Shown one piece after another: positions 17,331 to 27,891 of a stretch of DNA of 64,000 nucleotides. The DNA is from Pseudomonadota bacterium (lineage in GTDB: Bacteria > Bdellovibrionota > Bdellovibrionia > Bdellovibrionales > SG-bin7). The position numbers and the translations under genes are program-made. Under the pieces are notes generated by a model, which was not told the DNA's origin, ran no database searches, and saw nothing but the letters and a program-made list of their open reading frames with translations. Numbering within the stretch: position 1 is the stretch's first letter; each line of letters opens with the position of its first letter. The stretch spans positions 15,468 to 79,467 of the forward strand of contig JAWXAY010000075.1 of NCBI GenBank assembly GCA_034439715.1, given 5' to 3'.

Positions 17331-18973
17331 TTAGTCGCCTTTACGTTTCGATCCACACTAATCTGAAAACCAAAGGACAGTGGGCCTTTGGCGATTTCGG
17401 GAGTCGTTTTTTTTACTTTAGAATCTTGAGAGGCCATCTTTAAACTGTTTTCAATAGCCAAAATTTGCTCTTGTCGCTTAACTGTACCCTCCACCAAAAA
17501 GTTTTGATTCTCAATTTCTAGCCGTAAAATATCAATGGTCTTTTCGGGCAAAGCCTCCGAAACTTTTTTAAGAACATCTAAAGCCGAGCTCATCTCTAAC
17601 AGTCCAGCCACTTTTTTGCTGGCGTCAATAATTTTTCTATTTTCGCTAATATAGGTTGTGATATCCCTAGAAGTTATTTTCTTTTTAGAAATAAAATTTT
17701 TGGCAATCGTATTCATTCGCTCTTCGGAAGTAGTAGCAATTTTTAGAGCAAAACTTTCTTTAAAAATGCTAAAGACGCAGAAGGCGGCGAGTCCGGCCAT
17801 AGCCAATTTTGCGGTATAGGACCACTTATGCCAAAATACTTCGAGTGTTATGTTCTTGAGACCAAAATCCTCCTTGCGGAAATTCAGAGGTGGATTTTTG
17901 GTTTTTTTTATTCCCTCAATGGCAAGTCCCAAGGCAACGCCGCAGCCAGTGACGATTGTCGGCGTTTTTTCAAAACTTACGCCGGACACATTTTGAAAGG
18001 GGTCAAAATAACTGCACGGAATTTCTAACTCCTGAGTCAAGTAAGCATTGATGTTTTTTACCCGACTGGCGCCTCCAGTAATTTGAAGACTCGTCACATA
18101 ACAGTTGTGTTCTCCTGTAAGCTCCATAATCGTGAGCTTTAACTCACGAACCATCTCGTTAAAGCTTTCGATTATGGTTTCGGAAAACAATACCTGATCA
18201 CGGCTGGCACCTTCAGAATTCAAAAGCACGAAGGCCTTAGATTGGACCTCGCGCATGGCCTCAAGGTAAAGCACGCCATATTTTTTGCTGACGAAATCTA
18301 TAAGATTTTTTCCACCCCAAATTATAGTTCGGGTGCCAAAGAGTTTCTGATTTTTGAAAAGTGAGACTATGGTTTTTTTATGGCCCACACTAACGACTAT
18401 GCTGCTCTGGCTAGGTGGCGATTTGGACGACGTGTCTCCTTGTTCTGAGGGCGTTTCCTCTTGCGGCGGCGCTTGGTCCCAGGCCTCGATGGTGTTGGCA
18501 ATAGCCGCACTCTCCATGCTTATGATCTGCGGTTCAATGCCAGCATCGTGAGCCATGTGGAGAATTGCTTCGACTTTGGGTTTGGGGGCAGCGCAGGCAA
18601 TGACTTCGGCCACGTTACCGACGTACTTGATTATTTTTGAATCAAATATGGCGTTAGACATATCAAAAGGAATTTCATCCTCAAGTTCAAAGGGTAAACT
18701 TTTGTTTATTTTTGAACGTTCGCGGAACGGAAAAAACTTATGCCTGGTGGTCACGCGATCTTGGGAAATGCCGAACACAAAGGTAGTGCTACCAAAATCC
18801 CGATTCTCGGCTACTTTTCTAAGTGTTTCTAAAATATTAATTTGGTTGTCAAAATGGGGGTCGGGATTTAGAGGGTATTCCGAGAGACTCTTTATAAAAA
18901 AGGTTTTTCCTGAAGTCTCAACTTCAGCAATTTTAATTGAAAATGTGCCCACATCAATGCCGATAGACTTCAA
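17327..18973 (-). CDS. gspL: GspL / PilM-like actin-fold assembly platform protein
   Basis: IGIDVGTFSIK and ITGGAS actin-like motifs, LPFELEDEIPF, ALGLA...LNFR, then a TM helix and PilN-like region. Confidence 0.75.
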   Translation of the reverse strand: MKSIGIDVGTFSIKIAEVETSGKTFFIKSLSEYPLNPDPHFDNQINILETLRKVAENRDFGSTTFVFGISQDRVTTRHKFFPFRERSKINKSLPFELEDEIPFDMSNAIFDSKIIKYVGNVAEVIACAAPKPKVEAILHMAHDAGIEPQIISMESAAIANTIEAWDQAPPQEETPSEQGDTSSKSPPSQSSIVVSVGHKKTIVSLFKNQKLFGTRTIIWGGKNLIDFVSKKYGVLYLEAMREVQSKAFVLLNSEGASRDQVLFSETIIESFNEMVRELKLTIMELTGEHNCYVTSLQITGGASRVKNINAYLTQELEIPCSYFDPFQNVSGVSFEKTPTIVTGCGVALGLAIEGIKKTKNPPLNFRKEDFGLKNITLEVFWHKWSYTAKLAMAGLAAFCVFSIFKESFALKIATTSEERMNTIAKNFISKKKITSRDITTYISENRKIIDASKKVAGLLEMSSALDVLKKVSEALPEKTIDILRLEIENQNFLVEGTVKRQEQILAIENSLKMASQDSKVKKTTPEIAKGPLSFGFQISVDRNVKATK

Positions 18974-19031
18974 TTTTTTATGCTCCCGTTCAAGCCTTTA
19001 TTTTATGGACTTTTTTACGGTCTGGAAAGGT

Positions 19032-20264
19032 TTAATTTTCAAACCAATAAACTACCTGCGGTCGTCCCTTGGGGATTTCAGCTTTTTTTTCGGGTTCGGC
19101 TGGGGGCTTTTCTCCCGCTGCGGGTGTAACAGGGTTAACTCCACCTGGATCTTTGTCTGGATCTTGTTTTCCACTGGTTTTTTCTTTGGTGAGGATGTCT
19201 TTTAAACGATCTTTTACGCGATCAAAGTCGTAGACAATGGCCACGACTTTTCGACTCATATTTGAGTAATTTCCCACGCTCGTTACCCGAAAGTTGAGAA
19301 TGGAGTCAAACTCAAGTGGAATATTTTTTTCTTTGAGGGAATTTGTTCTTAGGCCAAGCCCCTCAAGAAACGAAAAAAAATCTTTTTCATCCTGAAAGGG
19401 ACCACCTTTAAGTTCATCACTTCGACGCTCAATTATTTTATCGGCGGTTTCTTTTTCAATTGAAGGATCGAGAGACATCAGAACATCTTTCGGCGCTTGG
19501 TTTACGTTAATGGCTTTAGAGCCATAGACTGTAATATTGGGAGCTAAAACATCAAAAAAATCGTCTTCCATGCCGGCGACCATATGCAGCTCTTGTAAAG
19601 TTTTAAATGGTTGATTGGGGGGCAGGTCAGTAGCATCGGATTCAGTATATAACGAATTTTCGTCGCCGCTATTTAGGCTCACCGTGTCCTCGTCGACCCA
19701 GTCAATCATGTTATTTACCAACTTCTCAAAATCATAGCCTTGATAGTCTTCAGCCCACTTATCTTCGCCTTTTAGTTTTGCATTAAAAATATTAAGAATT
19801 TTAATTTGAGTAGCTTCTCGCAAGTTTTTTGATTGAGAGCCTAGGTCATTGATATCTAGTTTGGCGCTTTCATTTTCAATTGTGGTCATGTACTTGCCAT
19901 CAAAAATAGATTCTTTAAGTACTTTATTGACCTCGTCTTGTGTAGTCCTCAGGGCGTCCTTAGGTAGAGGTAAAGGCCAAGGCAATGGCATTTGCCAAAT
20001 TTTATCGAGCATCGAAGCATTGGGACCTAAATCTTTTCCAAATTGAGCGAGTGCCTTTTTATAGATTAAAATTCTAAAAAGACTCATCTCGACTCCCGCC
20101 TTGGCCGCATAGTAAGCTCTTAGTCTATTAAGACCCTGCGAAGCCGAAAGACTTTCTATATTGGTACCATATTGAACCTCAACAGCAATTGTTGTTAATA
20201 AAGTCATCGCAAAAATTGCCATGAGAAGTGCTACGCCACTTTGCGAATTCTTTTTTTTATTCAT
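19032..20264 (-). CDS. gspK: Type II secretion minor pseudopilin GspK
   Basis: G|VALLMAI prepilin N-terminus, DWVDED, INVNQAP; start taken at ATG 20264. Confidence 0.88.
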   Translation of the reverse strand: MNKKKNSQSGVALLMAIFAMTLLTTIAVEVQYGTNIESLSASQGLNRLRAYYAAKAGVEMSLFRILIYKKALAQFGKDLGPNASMLDKIWQMPLPWPLPLPKDALRTTQDEVNKVLKESIFDGKYMTTIENESAKLDINDLGSQSKNLREATQIKILNIFNAKLKGEDKWAEDYQGYDFEKLVNNMIDWVDEDTVSLNSGDENSLYTESDATDLPPNQPFKTLQELHMVAGMEDDFFDVLAPNITVYGSKAINVNQAPKDVLMSLDPSIEKETADKIIERRSDELKGGPFQDEKDFFSFLEGLGLRTNSLKEKNIPLEFDSILNFRVTSVGNYSNMSRKVVAIVYDFDRVKDRLKDILTKEKTSGKQDPDKDPGGVNPVTPAAGEKPPAEPEKKAEIPKGRPQVVYWFEN

Positions 20265-21141
20265 CCGCAGCCGGCGGAGTAAATTTTTCATCATCGATAT
20301 TAGTTCCTCCATCTTTTGCTTTCTTGCCGTCGAGCGGTGTGTTGTTCGGATATCTCAAGGCGGCCACCAGAATCATTGAATATTTTTTCTTGGAATCCAA
20401 TTTTTTATCCTTCATTGTTAAGCGAATTTGTACGGCCTGGGGAAAGCGATTTCGGATTTCATTTTTTCCTTTATCGTCGGTACGCCATTCCTTTTGCCAG
20501 CCTTCGAGTTCTTCGCCAAAGTAACGCAGCTCAAATTTTTCAACGCGTTCCAAAATAGCGGTGTCTGTTCCACCCACGGTGAGGTCTTTGTCGATGTAGG
20601 GCGAGAGCTTTCTCCAGAGGCAATCTGAAGATTCCTTAACTTTACTTCCCCCTCGGCTTTGGCAGGGTTTAATAAAATAGCCAATTTTAGCCTGATCGCT
20701 CTCGAGGGAATCCTTTAGAGTACGAACATTACTTAAGGAGCTAAAGTAGAGCGAGTTTTCTTCTCCCAAAAAGTGTGTACGAATTGGCGGTGGATCTTTG
20801 AGTTCAAAGAGTTCTTCTTGTGCTGGCGCTACGGGATTGGGAGAAACGGGATTTGGAGGGGAAGGATCATTGGGATTAGGAGGTATTACTGGGGGAGCTT
20901 TGGCCTCCTCTTTAATTTTCTTTAATAATTCATAATGAATATTTCGGTAGTTAAAGGCCAAGTTAATATCCCGCTCAATAATACGTAAAACATCCCTCAT
21001 GTTCGAAGTATGATCGATTTCATTCTGTACTTTGGTCCTGTCCTTGAGAGCTTTCCCAATAGAGTTGGCTGTCAGAACCGAGAGTGCTCCCAATATTGTT
21101 ATGGCTACTAACACTTCTATTAGCGTAAAGCCCTTTTTCAT
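20257..21141 (-). CDS. gspJ: Type II secretion minor pseudopilin GspJ
   Basis: KKG|FTLIEVLVAI prepilin motif, FPQAVQIRL, operon position. Confidence 0.85.
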   Translation of the reverse strand: MKKGFTLIEVLVAITILGALSVLTANSIGKALKDRTKVQNEIDHTSNMRDVLRIIERDINLAFNYRNIHYELLKKIKEEAKAPPVIPPNPNDPSPPNPVSPNPVAPAQEELFELKDPPPIRTHFLGEENSLYFSSLSNVRTLKDSLESDQAKIGYFIKPCQSRGGSKVKESSDCLWRKLSPYIDKDLTVGGTDTAILERVEKFELRYFGEELEGWQKEWRTDDKGKNEIRNRFPQAVQIRLTMKDKKLDSKKKYSMILVAALRYPNNTPLDGKKAKDGGTNIDDEKFTPPAADE

Positions 21142-21638
21142 TTTCCGGCTCCCGAAGGACTGAGGGCGATATCTTTATTGTAGTCGACGATGTAAGAGGT
21201 GAGGGCATAACGTTTAATCTCTTTCCCCTTTTTCAATACAATAACTGTCACTTTGATTTCCTTAATTGATTTACTGAGAACTTCGGTCAATTGCTTAACA
21301 ATGGATGTTTCCATGTCACTAACCCGATCCTTTTCGCTCGTCAGAAGGCTCGCTAAATCTGGCATGGTAAATTCTTGAGAATTAAATTCCCACTTGTAAT
21401 CCGGAAAGTCCTTTCCAAAATCGCCAGTGTCCTCTTCATCAATTTTTTCGAGCGGCGCATTTTGATACTTGAGTTCCATCTCGGTCATTTTCTGTTGTAA
21501 AAGAAACGTTACTTCATTGTAGAGTCTTGCCTTCCTTAAGCGTAAGACGTTTCCCCCCCAAGTACTGCTGATAATAATTAGAGAGAAGCTTAAAATCATC
21601 ATGGCCACGAGGGTTTCAAGTAAAGAAAATCCCTTCAT
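21138..21638 (-). CDS. gspI: Type II secretion minor pseudopilin GspI
   Basis: KG|FSLLETLVA prepilin motif, operon position. Confidence 0.8.
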   Translation of the reverse strand: MKGFSLLETLVAMMILSFSLIIISSTWGGNVLRLRKARLYNEVTFLLQQKMTEMELKYQNAPLEKIDEEDTGDFGKDFPDYKWEFNSQEFTMPDLASLLTSEKDRVSDMETSIVKQLTEVLSKSIKEIKVTVIVLKKGKEIKRYALTSYIVDYNKDIALSPSGAGK

Positions 21639-22240
21639 TGAGCCCTAATTTCTTTAATTGAAATATCACTGGTGTAGATATCGACTTTTCCGGTAATGGG
21701 ATGAATAGCAATGGTCCATTTTAACTTTGCGCCGGCTGACAAATGAATGGCTGTCTCTTCAACCAAGCCCTCAGGCAAAAAATGAACATAGGCCATACCA
21801 CTATCGATCACTTCATCGCTTCTGGCGTACTCCACGCTCGTGATTTCAAATCCATTGGGCACTTCTTGCTTGCCGCCACGAACAGCTCTCTTGTCTATTG
21901 AAAAAAGGGATTTTTTTTCATCATCTTCGTCATCAAAAAGGCCTTTTTCTTCTTTTTTGGTTTCAAATAAAACTTTGGAGTTAGATACTTCAGCCCAAAT
22001 TTTATCAGGTTCTTTAGCGTTGATTTCAAGCGCCAATCTAAATGTGACATTTTGAAGTTTGGCACGATTATGGAGACTTCGAGACAGAGCCGCGAGGTCT
22101 CGAACTATTTTCTTCATATCTTGGTTGGGACTTCGAAGTTTTTGTGCGGCAATAACTACCATAAATCCTATGATAGCTAAAACCACGAGAACTTCTATGA
22201 GCGTAAAGCCGCTCCTATTCTTTCGCTGCCTCTTCCTCAT
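21635..22240 (-). CDS. gspH: Type II secretion minor pseudopilin GspH
   Basis: RSG|FTLIEVLVVLAI, FLPEG, ITGKV; start taken at ATG 22240. Confidence 0.8.
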   Translation of the reverse strand: MRKRQRKNRSGFTLIEVLVVLAIIGFMVVIAAQKLRSPNQDMKKIVRDLAALSRSLHNRAKLQNVTFRLALEINAKEPDKIWAEVSNSKVLFETKKEEKGLFDDEDDEKKSLFSIDKRAVRGGKQEVPNGFEITSVEYARSDEVIDSGMAYVHFLPEGLVEETAIHLSAGAKLKWTIAIHPITGKVDIYTSDISIKEIRAQ

Positions 22241-22679
22241 TAGTGATGTCAGAGTCATACCCGCTTCCGCCCTCTTTTTTATCTTTACCGAGGGACTTTA
22301 ACAAGTAATTGCCGCCGCTATTTTCGTACTGGATTTCATTGCCAAAGGGATCTTTCATAAGGCTAGGTTTTATATAGGCTTCGGGACCCCAGCTCTCGCA
22401 ACCCGTTCCCTCCTGATTCAAAAGCCCTCTCAGGCCGGCATCGGTGGGAGGGTAATCATTGCAATCGGAATTGTAAAGATCGAGCGCCTTGCCCAATTCA
22501 GAAAGCTGAGCTCGCGTTTGCCGCTGCTTGGCTTTGTTAAAGTTCGACATAATTTTTTGCCCTAACATCGCCATCACGCCACCGACGATCGCAAGCACAA
22601 TCATAATTTCAATTAAAGTCATACCTTTATCGTTACGCTTACTGGTCAGTTTACAGTTACCTTTTTTGGTGAGCCACAT
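22215..22679 (-). CDS. gspG: Type II secretion major pseudopilin GspG
   Basis: KG|MTLIEIMIV, ALDLY...YP...GL, KDPFGN and SLGKDKKEGG...SDI motifs. Confidence 0.9.
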   Translation of the reverse strand: MWLTKKGNCKLTSKRNDKGMTLIEIMIVLAIVGGVMAMLGQKIMSNFNKAKQRQTRAQLSELGKALDLYNSDCNDYPPTDAGLRGLLNQEGTGCESWGPEAYIKPSLMKDPFGNEIQYENSGGNYLLKSLGKDKKEGGSGYDSDITNEEEAAKE

Positions 22680-22711
22680 CTGAGAATCCCCCTAGTAGAT
22701 CAAATACATTA

Positions 22712-23929
22712 CTAAGATATGTTAGCCATTTCAAACATAGGAATCAAGATTGCGAAAACGATCATGCCGATAACGCTTCCCATTATCACAATAAGAATTG
22801 GGTTTAAAATAGAAGTAAGTCCGTCCACTCGAGTCTTGACTTCAAAGTCGTAGGCCTCACTTACCTGTAACAGCATATTTTCTAGATCGCCCGTTTTTTC
22901 ACCAATATTTATCATGTTGGTAACGATGGGTGGAAACTCGCCCGATTTTTTTAAGGGGCCGGCAATATTTTCACCTTCGCTGATATTGTCTCGAGCTTGA
23001 TCAATGGCGCGGGCCAGTACCGCGTTATTGACGACATTTCTGACGATGTCCATTGCGGTCAGCATTGGCACTCCGCCGGTGAGCAAGGTGGCTAACGTGC
23101 GAGTGAAGCGACTCACGGCTATTTGTCGGGCGACTTTACCAACGACGGGGATTTTTAAAATAATGGTGTCCCACTGGGCAGATCCACTTGGAGTCGAAGT
23201 CCAGCTTTTAAAAAATATCCATATGGCAAAGAATCCGGCCAGCACCCACATCCAGTTATTGACCATAAAACCACTCGCGTTAATTACAACAAGAGTATAC
23301 CACTCTAGTTTTAATTCGGGAGCTGCTTCAAAGACCTCTATAAGTTTTGGAACAACGAAAATAAACATAAAAGTCAACATGCCCATGGTGACGATCATCA
23401 TGATGATGGGGTACATAAGGGCTGATCGAATTTTTGCCTGAAGTTGACTTTGTGATTCCGTAAATTCTGCGAGCCGAATCAAAATCACATCGAGGGTACC
23501 CGACATTTCCCCCGCTTCTACCATCGACACATAAATATTTTTGAAAATTCGCGGGTATTTGGCTAATGATTTGGCGAGCGATGAGCCCTCGTTGACCATA
23601 TTTTTAATATCCGCGAAGGCTTCTTTTAAAGTTTGATTCTCCACTTGTTCAGAAATGGCATTTAGGCTTTCTACCAGAGGGACGTTGGCCTTTAATAAGG
23701 TGGCTAATTGACGTGTGGCCATCGAGAGATCCTCAACGCCGACGCTGCGACCACTTGATAATTTCTTTTTACTCCCTTTTTTTTCAACTTTTTGTTTGTC
23801 GTGAATTTCTACGACATAAACCCCTTCTTTTTTGAGTTTAGTACGCGCCGACTTTAAATTTTCAGCATCCACGGTACCGCGGATATTTTTACCTAAATTG
23901 CTAATTCCTTTGTATTCAAATATTGGCAT
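22712..23929 (-). CDS. gspF: Type II secretion inner-membrane platform protein GspF
   Basis: RQLATLL, AGEMSGTL, SALMYP, IGEKTGDL. Confidence 0.95.
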   Translation of the reverse strand: MPIFEYKGISNLGKNIRGTVDAENLKSARTKLKKEGVYVVEIHDKQKVEKKGSKKKLSSGRSVGVEDLSMATRQLATLLKANVPLVESLNAISEQVENQTLKEAFADIKNMVNEGSSLAKSLAKYPRIFKNIYVSMVEAGEMSGTLDVILIRLAEFTESQSQLQAKIRSALMYPIIMMIVTMGMLTFMFIFVVPKLIEVFEAAPELKLEWYTLVVINASGFMVNNWMWVLAGFFAIWIFFKSWTSTPSGSAQWDTIILKIPVVGKVARQIAVSRFTRTLATLLTGGVPMLTAMDIVRNVVNNAVLARAIDQARDNISEGENIAGPLKKSGEFPPIVTNMINIGEKTGDLENMLLQVSEAYDFEVKTRVDGLTSILNPILIVIMGSVIGMIVFAILIPMFEMANIS

Positions 23930-23935
23930 AATAAA

Positions 23936-25624
23936 TTACAAATCCGTTTGGGTATTAGTAACGACTTCTTCAATAGTAGTAACGCCATTTAATATTTTTT
24001 CAATTCCATGGTCACGAAAGGGAACCATTCCACATCTGATGGCCACCTTTTTTATCTGCGCACTGTCGGATCTCTGCATTATGAGGGAACGGATTTCATC
24101 ATTAATCAATAACAATTCTTGAATCAGTGTGCGCCCCAGATATCCTTTTTGATTACACTGATTGCAGCCGCCAGTTTTAAATACGTTTGCACGTGCCACC
24201 TGCTCGGGACTTAACTCAAGACTGCGAATCTCAACCTCAGACATTTTGTGGGGTACTTTACAATGAGGACAAAGTAAGCGCACGAGTCGCTGAGCTGCCA
24301 CACCGATTAATGAGGTGGCAATTAAGAAAGGTTCGCAGCCGATATCAAGTAAGCGTGGAAACGCTCCCGCTGAATCGTTAGTGTGTAGAGTCGATAGAAC
24401 CAAGTGGCCTGTCAGCGAGGCATTAATTGCAATTTCGGCAGTTTCAAGGTCGCGAATCTCACCGATCATTATGATATCAGGATCTTGCCTGAGAATAGAT
24501 CGAAGCCCATTGGCAAAAGTAAGACCGATCTTTGCATTTACTTGAATTTGTCCAATGCCGTGCACGCGTTGCTCCACCGGATCTTCAACTGTAATAATAT
24601 TGCGATCGACACTGTTAATTCGTGTCAGACAGGCATACAATGTTGTCGATTTACCACTGCCTGTAGGACCAGTCACAAGCATAATACCGTAGGTTTTACT
24701 AAGAATGTCAGTTATCTCTACGAGGCTCTTGTCCGAAAATCCCAATTGCTCGAGCTCTAAGACGACGTTAGATCTATCTTGTAGACGCATCACCACTCGT
24801 TCGCCGAACGCGGTGGGCACCGTGGACAAACGAACGTCAATGTCTTTGCCAGCAAGTTTGAGCGGAATGCGACCGTCTTGAGGAAGGCGTTTTTCTGCGA
24901 TGTTGAGATTGGCCATAACTTTGATACGAGAAGTAATGGCATTTTGCAGGCGCTTCGGCGGTTTAAAGACATCATACAGAATACCGTCAATGCGAAAACG
25001 TACAGCCATGTCTTTTTCGTAGGGCTCAATGTGAATATCAGAGGCTTTTTCTTTAACAGCTCGAAACAAAAGTGTATTGACAAGTTTTATAACGGGCGCA
25101 TCGTCATCGCCAGCATCCAAGAGATCGATGATGGGTTCATCGAGGTCGTAGTCTTCTTCTTCGATGTCATCCAATCCTTCAAGTGCCGCTGTGCTTTTTT
25201 CATAAACTTTATTAATCGCGTCCTTAATCTTGAGCGATGTCACCACTATCGGTGAAATCTTTTTTTCAAAAATGAGCTTCATGTCGTCGAGCGCCTTCAT
25301 ATTTAGCGGATTAGAAACCAAAATCTTAACCTGGTCAGATTCCAATTTAAAGGGTAAAACCTCAGTAGCTTTGGCGTATCCCAAGGGAATGTCCCGCACA
25401 AGATCGACGGGAATGTCATTGACCGGAATTTCTTTTAAAAAAGGAAGTTCGAGTTTAAGGCAAATTTCTTGAAGCAATGACTCAGCAGTTTTTATTTCTT
25501 TTTTTCTCAACTCTTCACCAAAATTAGTTTCAAATTGAGAAGGCATTGAGAAAATAGTCTGCACCTGCTCGGGAGTGAGGCTGGTGGTCTTGCTTAATAA
25601 AACTTCAAGGTCTGTTTGTGCCAT
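23936..25624 (-). CDS. gspE: Type II secretion ATPase GspE
   Basis: ASDIHIEP, GPTGSGKSTT, TVEDPVE, LRQDPD, STLHTND and the tetra-Cys motif. Confidence 0.96.
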   Translation of the reverse strand: MAQTDLEVLLSKTTSLTPEQVQTIFSMPSQFETNFGEELRKKEIKTAESLLQEICLKLELPFLKEIPVNDIPVDLVRDIPLGYAKATEVLPFKLESDQVKILVSNPLNMKALDDMKLIFEKKISPIVVTSLKIKDAINKVYEKSTAALEGLDDIEEEDYDLDEPIIDLLDAGDDDAPVIKLVNTLLFRAVKEKASDIHIEPYEKDMAVRFRIDGILYDVFKPPKRLQNAITSRIKVMANLNIAEKRLPQDGRIPLKLAGKDIDVRLSTVPTAFGERVVMRLQDRSNVVLELEQLGFSDKSLVEITDILSKTYGIMLVTGPTGSGKSTTLYACLTRINSVDRNIITVEDPVEQRVHGIGQIQVNAKIGLTFANGLRSILRQDPDIIMIGEIRDLETAEIAINASLTGHLVLSTLHTNDSAGAFPRLLDIGCEPFLIATSLIGVAAQRLVRLLCPHCKVPHKMSEVEIRSLELSPEQVARANVFKTGGCNQCNQKGYLGRTLIQELLLINDEIRSLIMQRSDSAQIKKVAIRCGMVPFRDHGIEKILNGVTTIEEVVTNTQTDL

Positions 25625-25626
25625 AG

Positions 25627-27876
25627 TTATTGTACGACTTCTTCTCCATTAAGTGTTTCATCAATAATTTCGTCCTGCTCTTTGGGTGTCGCTTTTATTG
25701 TCGCTCGTCTATCTTTACCAAAATTCAGAGCATCTTCAAACTCTTTGCCAAAGGTGTCGCGCCCGCCTTGTTGCTCTCTGACGAACTCAGAGCGTTGTCT
25801 AATTTTTCGATTGAACAATTCTTGGCTGTCTTCTTCGGCTCGCATTATTTTTGGGGTCAAAAAGACAACCAAGTTTGTTTTTCTGACAATCTTCCTTATC
25901 GATTTAAAGAGCCAACCCAAAACTGGAATGTCTCCAAGAACGGGCACTTTATCAACTGTAATTGATTCGTCGTTTTTCATAAGACCACCGAGTACAGCGG
26001 TATTCCCATCAGGAACAACAATCATGGTTTCAATCGTCCGTTCGTCAATTGAGACAGCAGACGCTGCTAGTTCGGCCGCAGCTACTGGAACTTGGCTGAT
26101 GCCTTTGATAGACTGGTTAACCTTCATGCGGATCTTACTGCTGTTGGGAGCGATAAAGGGTTCTATTTGTAGTTTGATGGTCGCTTTAGTTCGCTCAGTA
26201 CTATTGTTGGTAACCCCGCCAGTGCCAACTTGGCTAGCTTTGCCGGTAGGGACATCAGAACCGACTTCGATCATGGCTTTCTCATTATTAAGGGCCATAA
26301 TTTGCGGAGTAGAAAGGATGTTGGCATCAGTCGTGGTTTTTAAAAAGGAAATCAGACCAATCAAGCTTTTAACTTTTGTGGCGACCCCACCTACGGAAAT
26401 ATCAATAGTCTCTCCGTTGCCAAAACCAAGTATGGTGCCCTTGGAGGTTGGATTCAATAAGGCTCCAAAATCTCCAGTCACATAGCCCACGCGGGATTTA
26501 CCACCGTCATCGGGATTTAAGAATTTAACGACGTTGGCAGAATAGGTATTAACCTTATCCGCCTGCATTTCCATAATAATCGCTTCGACGTAAACCTGGT
26601 CTTTAGCAATATCAATTTTTCTTAACAGAGATTTTACAATTTCATAATCGGGTTTACCGGCTGTCACAATTAAACTATTAGTAGATTTTTCGGCCGTGAT
26701 TTTTACATCCCCACCAAAAAGCCCCTCATTCAACGGCACAGGATTAAAAGGCGAAATCGGACTACCGGCGCCTGGTGTTCCTCCTGCCCCTGATTTAGAT
26801 TTTGAAGCTATTCCGCTGAGCGTGTTGGCGATACCCTCGGCGTCGCCGTATTTTACATAATACACGTAAACACCGCCGGCGTCCTCGGGTTTAAGTCGGT
26901 AATCTAGGCGTTGCACAAGTTTTCTGATTCGGGCAATTCCGGTATCGTTGCCAAGAACGATCAAAGAGTTTGTCCGATCATCAGAAATCACACGAAAGTT
27001 TTCGCTGCTGTCGGCTTTGGCCTCGCCAAAGCGGGGCACACTCGAAGAAAACGTGGTGCCAGCACGTCCGCCTTGCTTTCTTTTTCCCTCTTTATCTAAA
27101 ATTTGATCAATAAGGTCAGATATAATTTTAGCTTTAGCATAGCGAATACGAATGACTTCCATGCGTTCTTCAAAGCCAGGCACATCTAACTTACCAATAA
27201 TTTTGACGAGTCGCTCGATGTTAGAGCCAAAGTCAGAGATGATGATAGAATTTGTCGCGGCGTAGGCAAACATGATTCCATCTTTAGTGGCAAGTGAGCG
27301 TAAAACTTTATTTACAACTTCATCGGCGCTTATGTATTTAAGCTGAACAATTCGCGTAATCATAATGTCGGAATCTGGTGAATAACTGCCAGAGTAAGTT
27401 TCTATGCTGTCTTTGGTGGCGTTACGAGCCAGCGTGATTTTTAAAAATTTTCCTGAGGGAACAACAGTGTACCCGTTGACGGAAAGTGCCGTTAAAAAGG
27501 CTTTATAGGCCTCAGCGACAGTGATCTGTGTCGGCGCGATAATAGAAATTTTACCTCTGACGTTTTGATCTATAATGAAGTTCTTTTTGGTCAGTTCACT
27601 GATGGCCTTTACAACATCTGTAATTTCAGCATTGGGGTAATCAAAGCTATCTATGAGGTCCGGAAAGTTTTCGTTATTGATATCTTCTGGTTCCGCGAGC
27701 GCAATATCTGGCTTATCTGAATTTTTTTCTGTCGATTTTTCTGTCGGTGGCCTATTTGATGGTTCCTGCTGGGCAAGTTTACGCCCAAATGATTTAACTT
27801 GGGAAGGCGCCGGTTTTTGCGCGAGTGCTATCGGCACTACTATGAGCGTAACAATTATTGACGAAATAAATTTCAT
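25627..27876 (-). CDS. gspD: Type II secretion secretin GspD
   Basis: Signal peptide, repeated N domains (TNSLIV), QVYVEAIIME, KVPVLGDIPVLGWLF. Confidence 0.95.
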   Translation of the reverse strand: MKFISSIIVTLIVVPIALAQKPAPSQVKSFGRKLAQQEPSNRPPTEKSTEKNSDKPDIALAEPEDINNENFPDLIDSFDYPNAEITDVVKAISELTKKNFIIDQNVRGKISIIAPTQITVAEAYKAFLTALSVNGYTVVPSGKFLKITLARNATKDSIETYSGSYSPDSDIMITRIVQLKYISADEVVNKVLRSLATKDGIMFAYAATNSIIISDFGSNIERLVKIIGKLDVPGFEERMEVIRIRYAKAKIISDLIDQILDKEGKRKQGGRAGTTFSSSVPRFGEAKADSSENFRVISDDRTNSLIVLGNDTGIARIRKLVQRLDYRLKPEDAGGVYVYYVKYGDAEGIANTLSGIASKSKSGAGGTPGAGSPISPFNPVPLNEGLFGGDVKITAEKSTNSLIVTAGKPDYEIVKSLLRKIDIAKDQVYVEAIIMEMQADKVNTYSANVVKFLNPDDGGKSRVGYVTGDFGALLNPTSKGTILGFGNGETIDISVGGVATKVKSLIGLISFLKTTTDANILSTPQIMALNNEKAMIEVGSDVPTGKASQVGTGGVTNNSTERTKATIKLQIEPFIAPNSSKIRMKVNQSIKGISQVPVAAAELAASAVSIDERTIETMIVVPDGNTAVLGGLMKNDESITVDKVPVLGDIPVLGWLFKSIRKIVRKTNLVVFLTPKIMRAEEDSQELFNRKIRQRSEFVREQQGGRDTFGKEFEDALNFGKDRRATIKATPKEQDEIIDETLNGEEVVQ

Positions 27877-27891
27877 ATAAACCTTCCTTGG

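Noticed and set aside
25616..26485. 289-aa plus-strand ORF, and similar long antisense ORFs at 18555-19205 and 23004-23441
   Set aside because: Antisense shadows of gspD, gspL/K and gspF, with Ser/Ile-biased composition and no motifs
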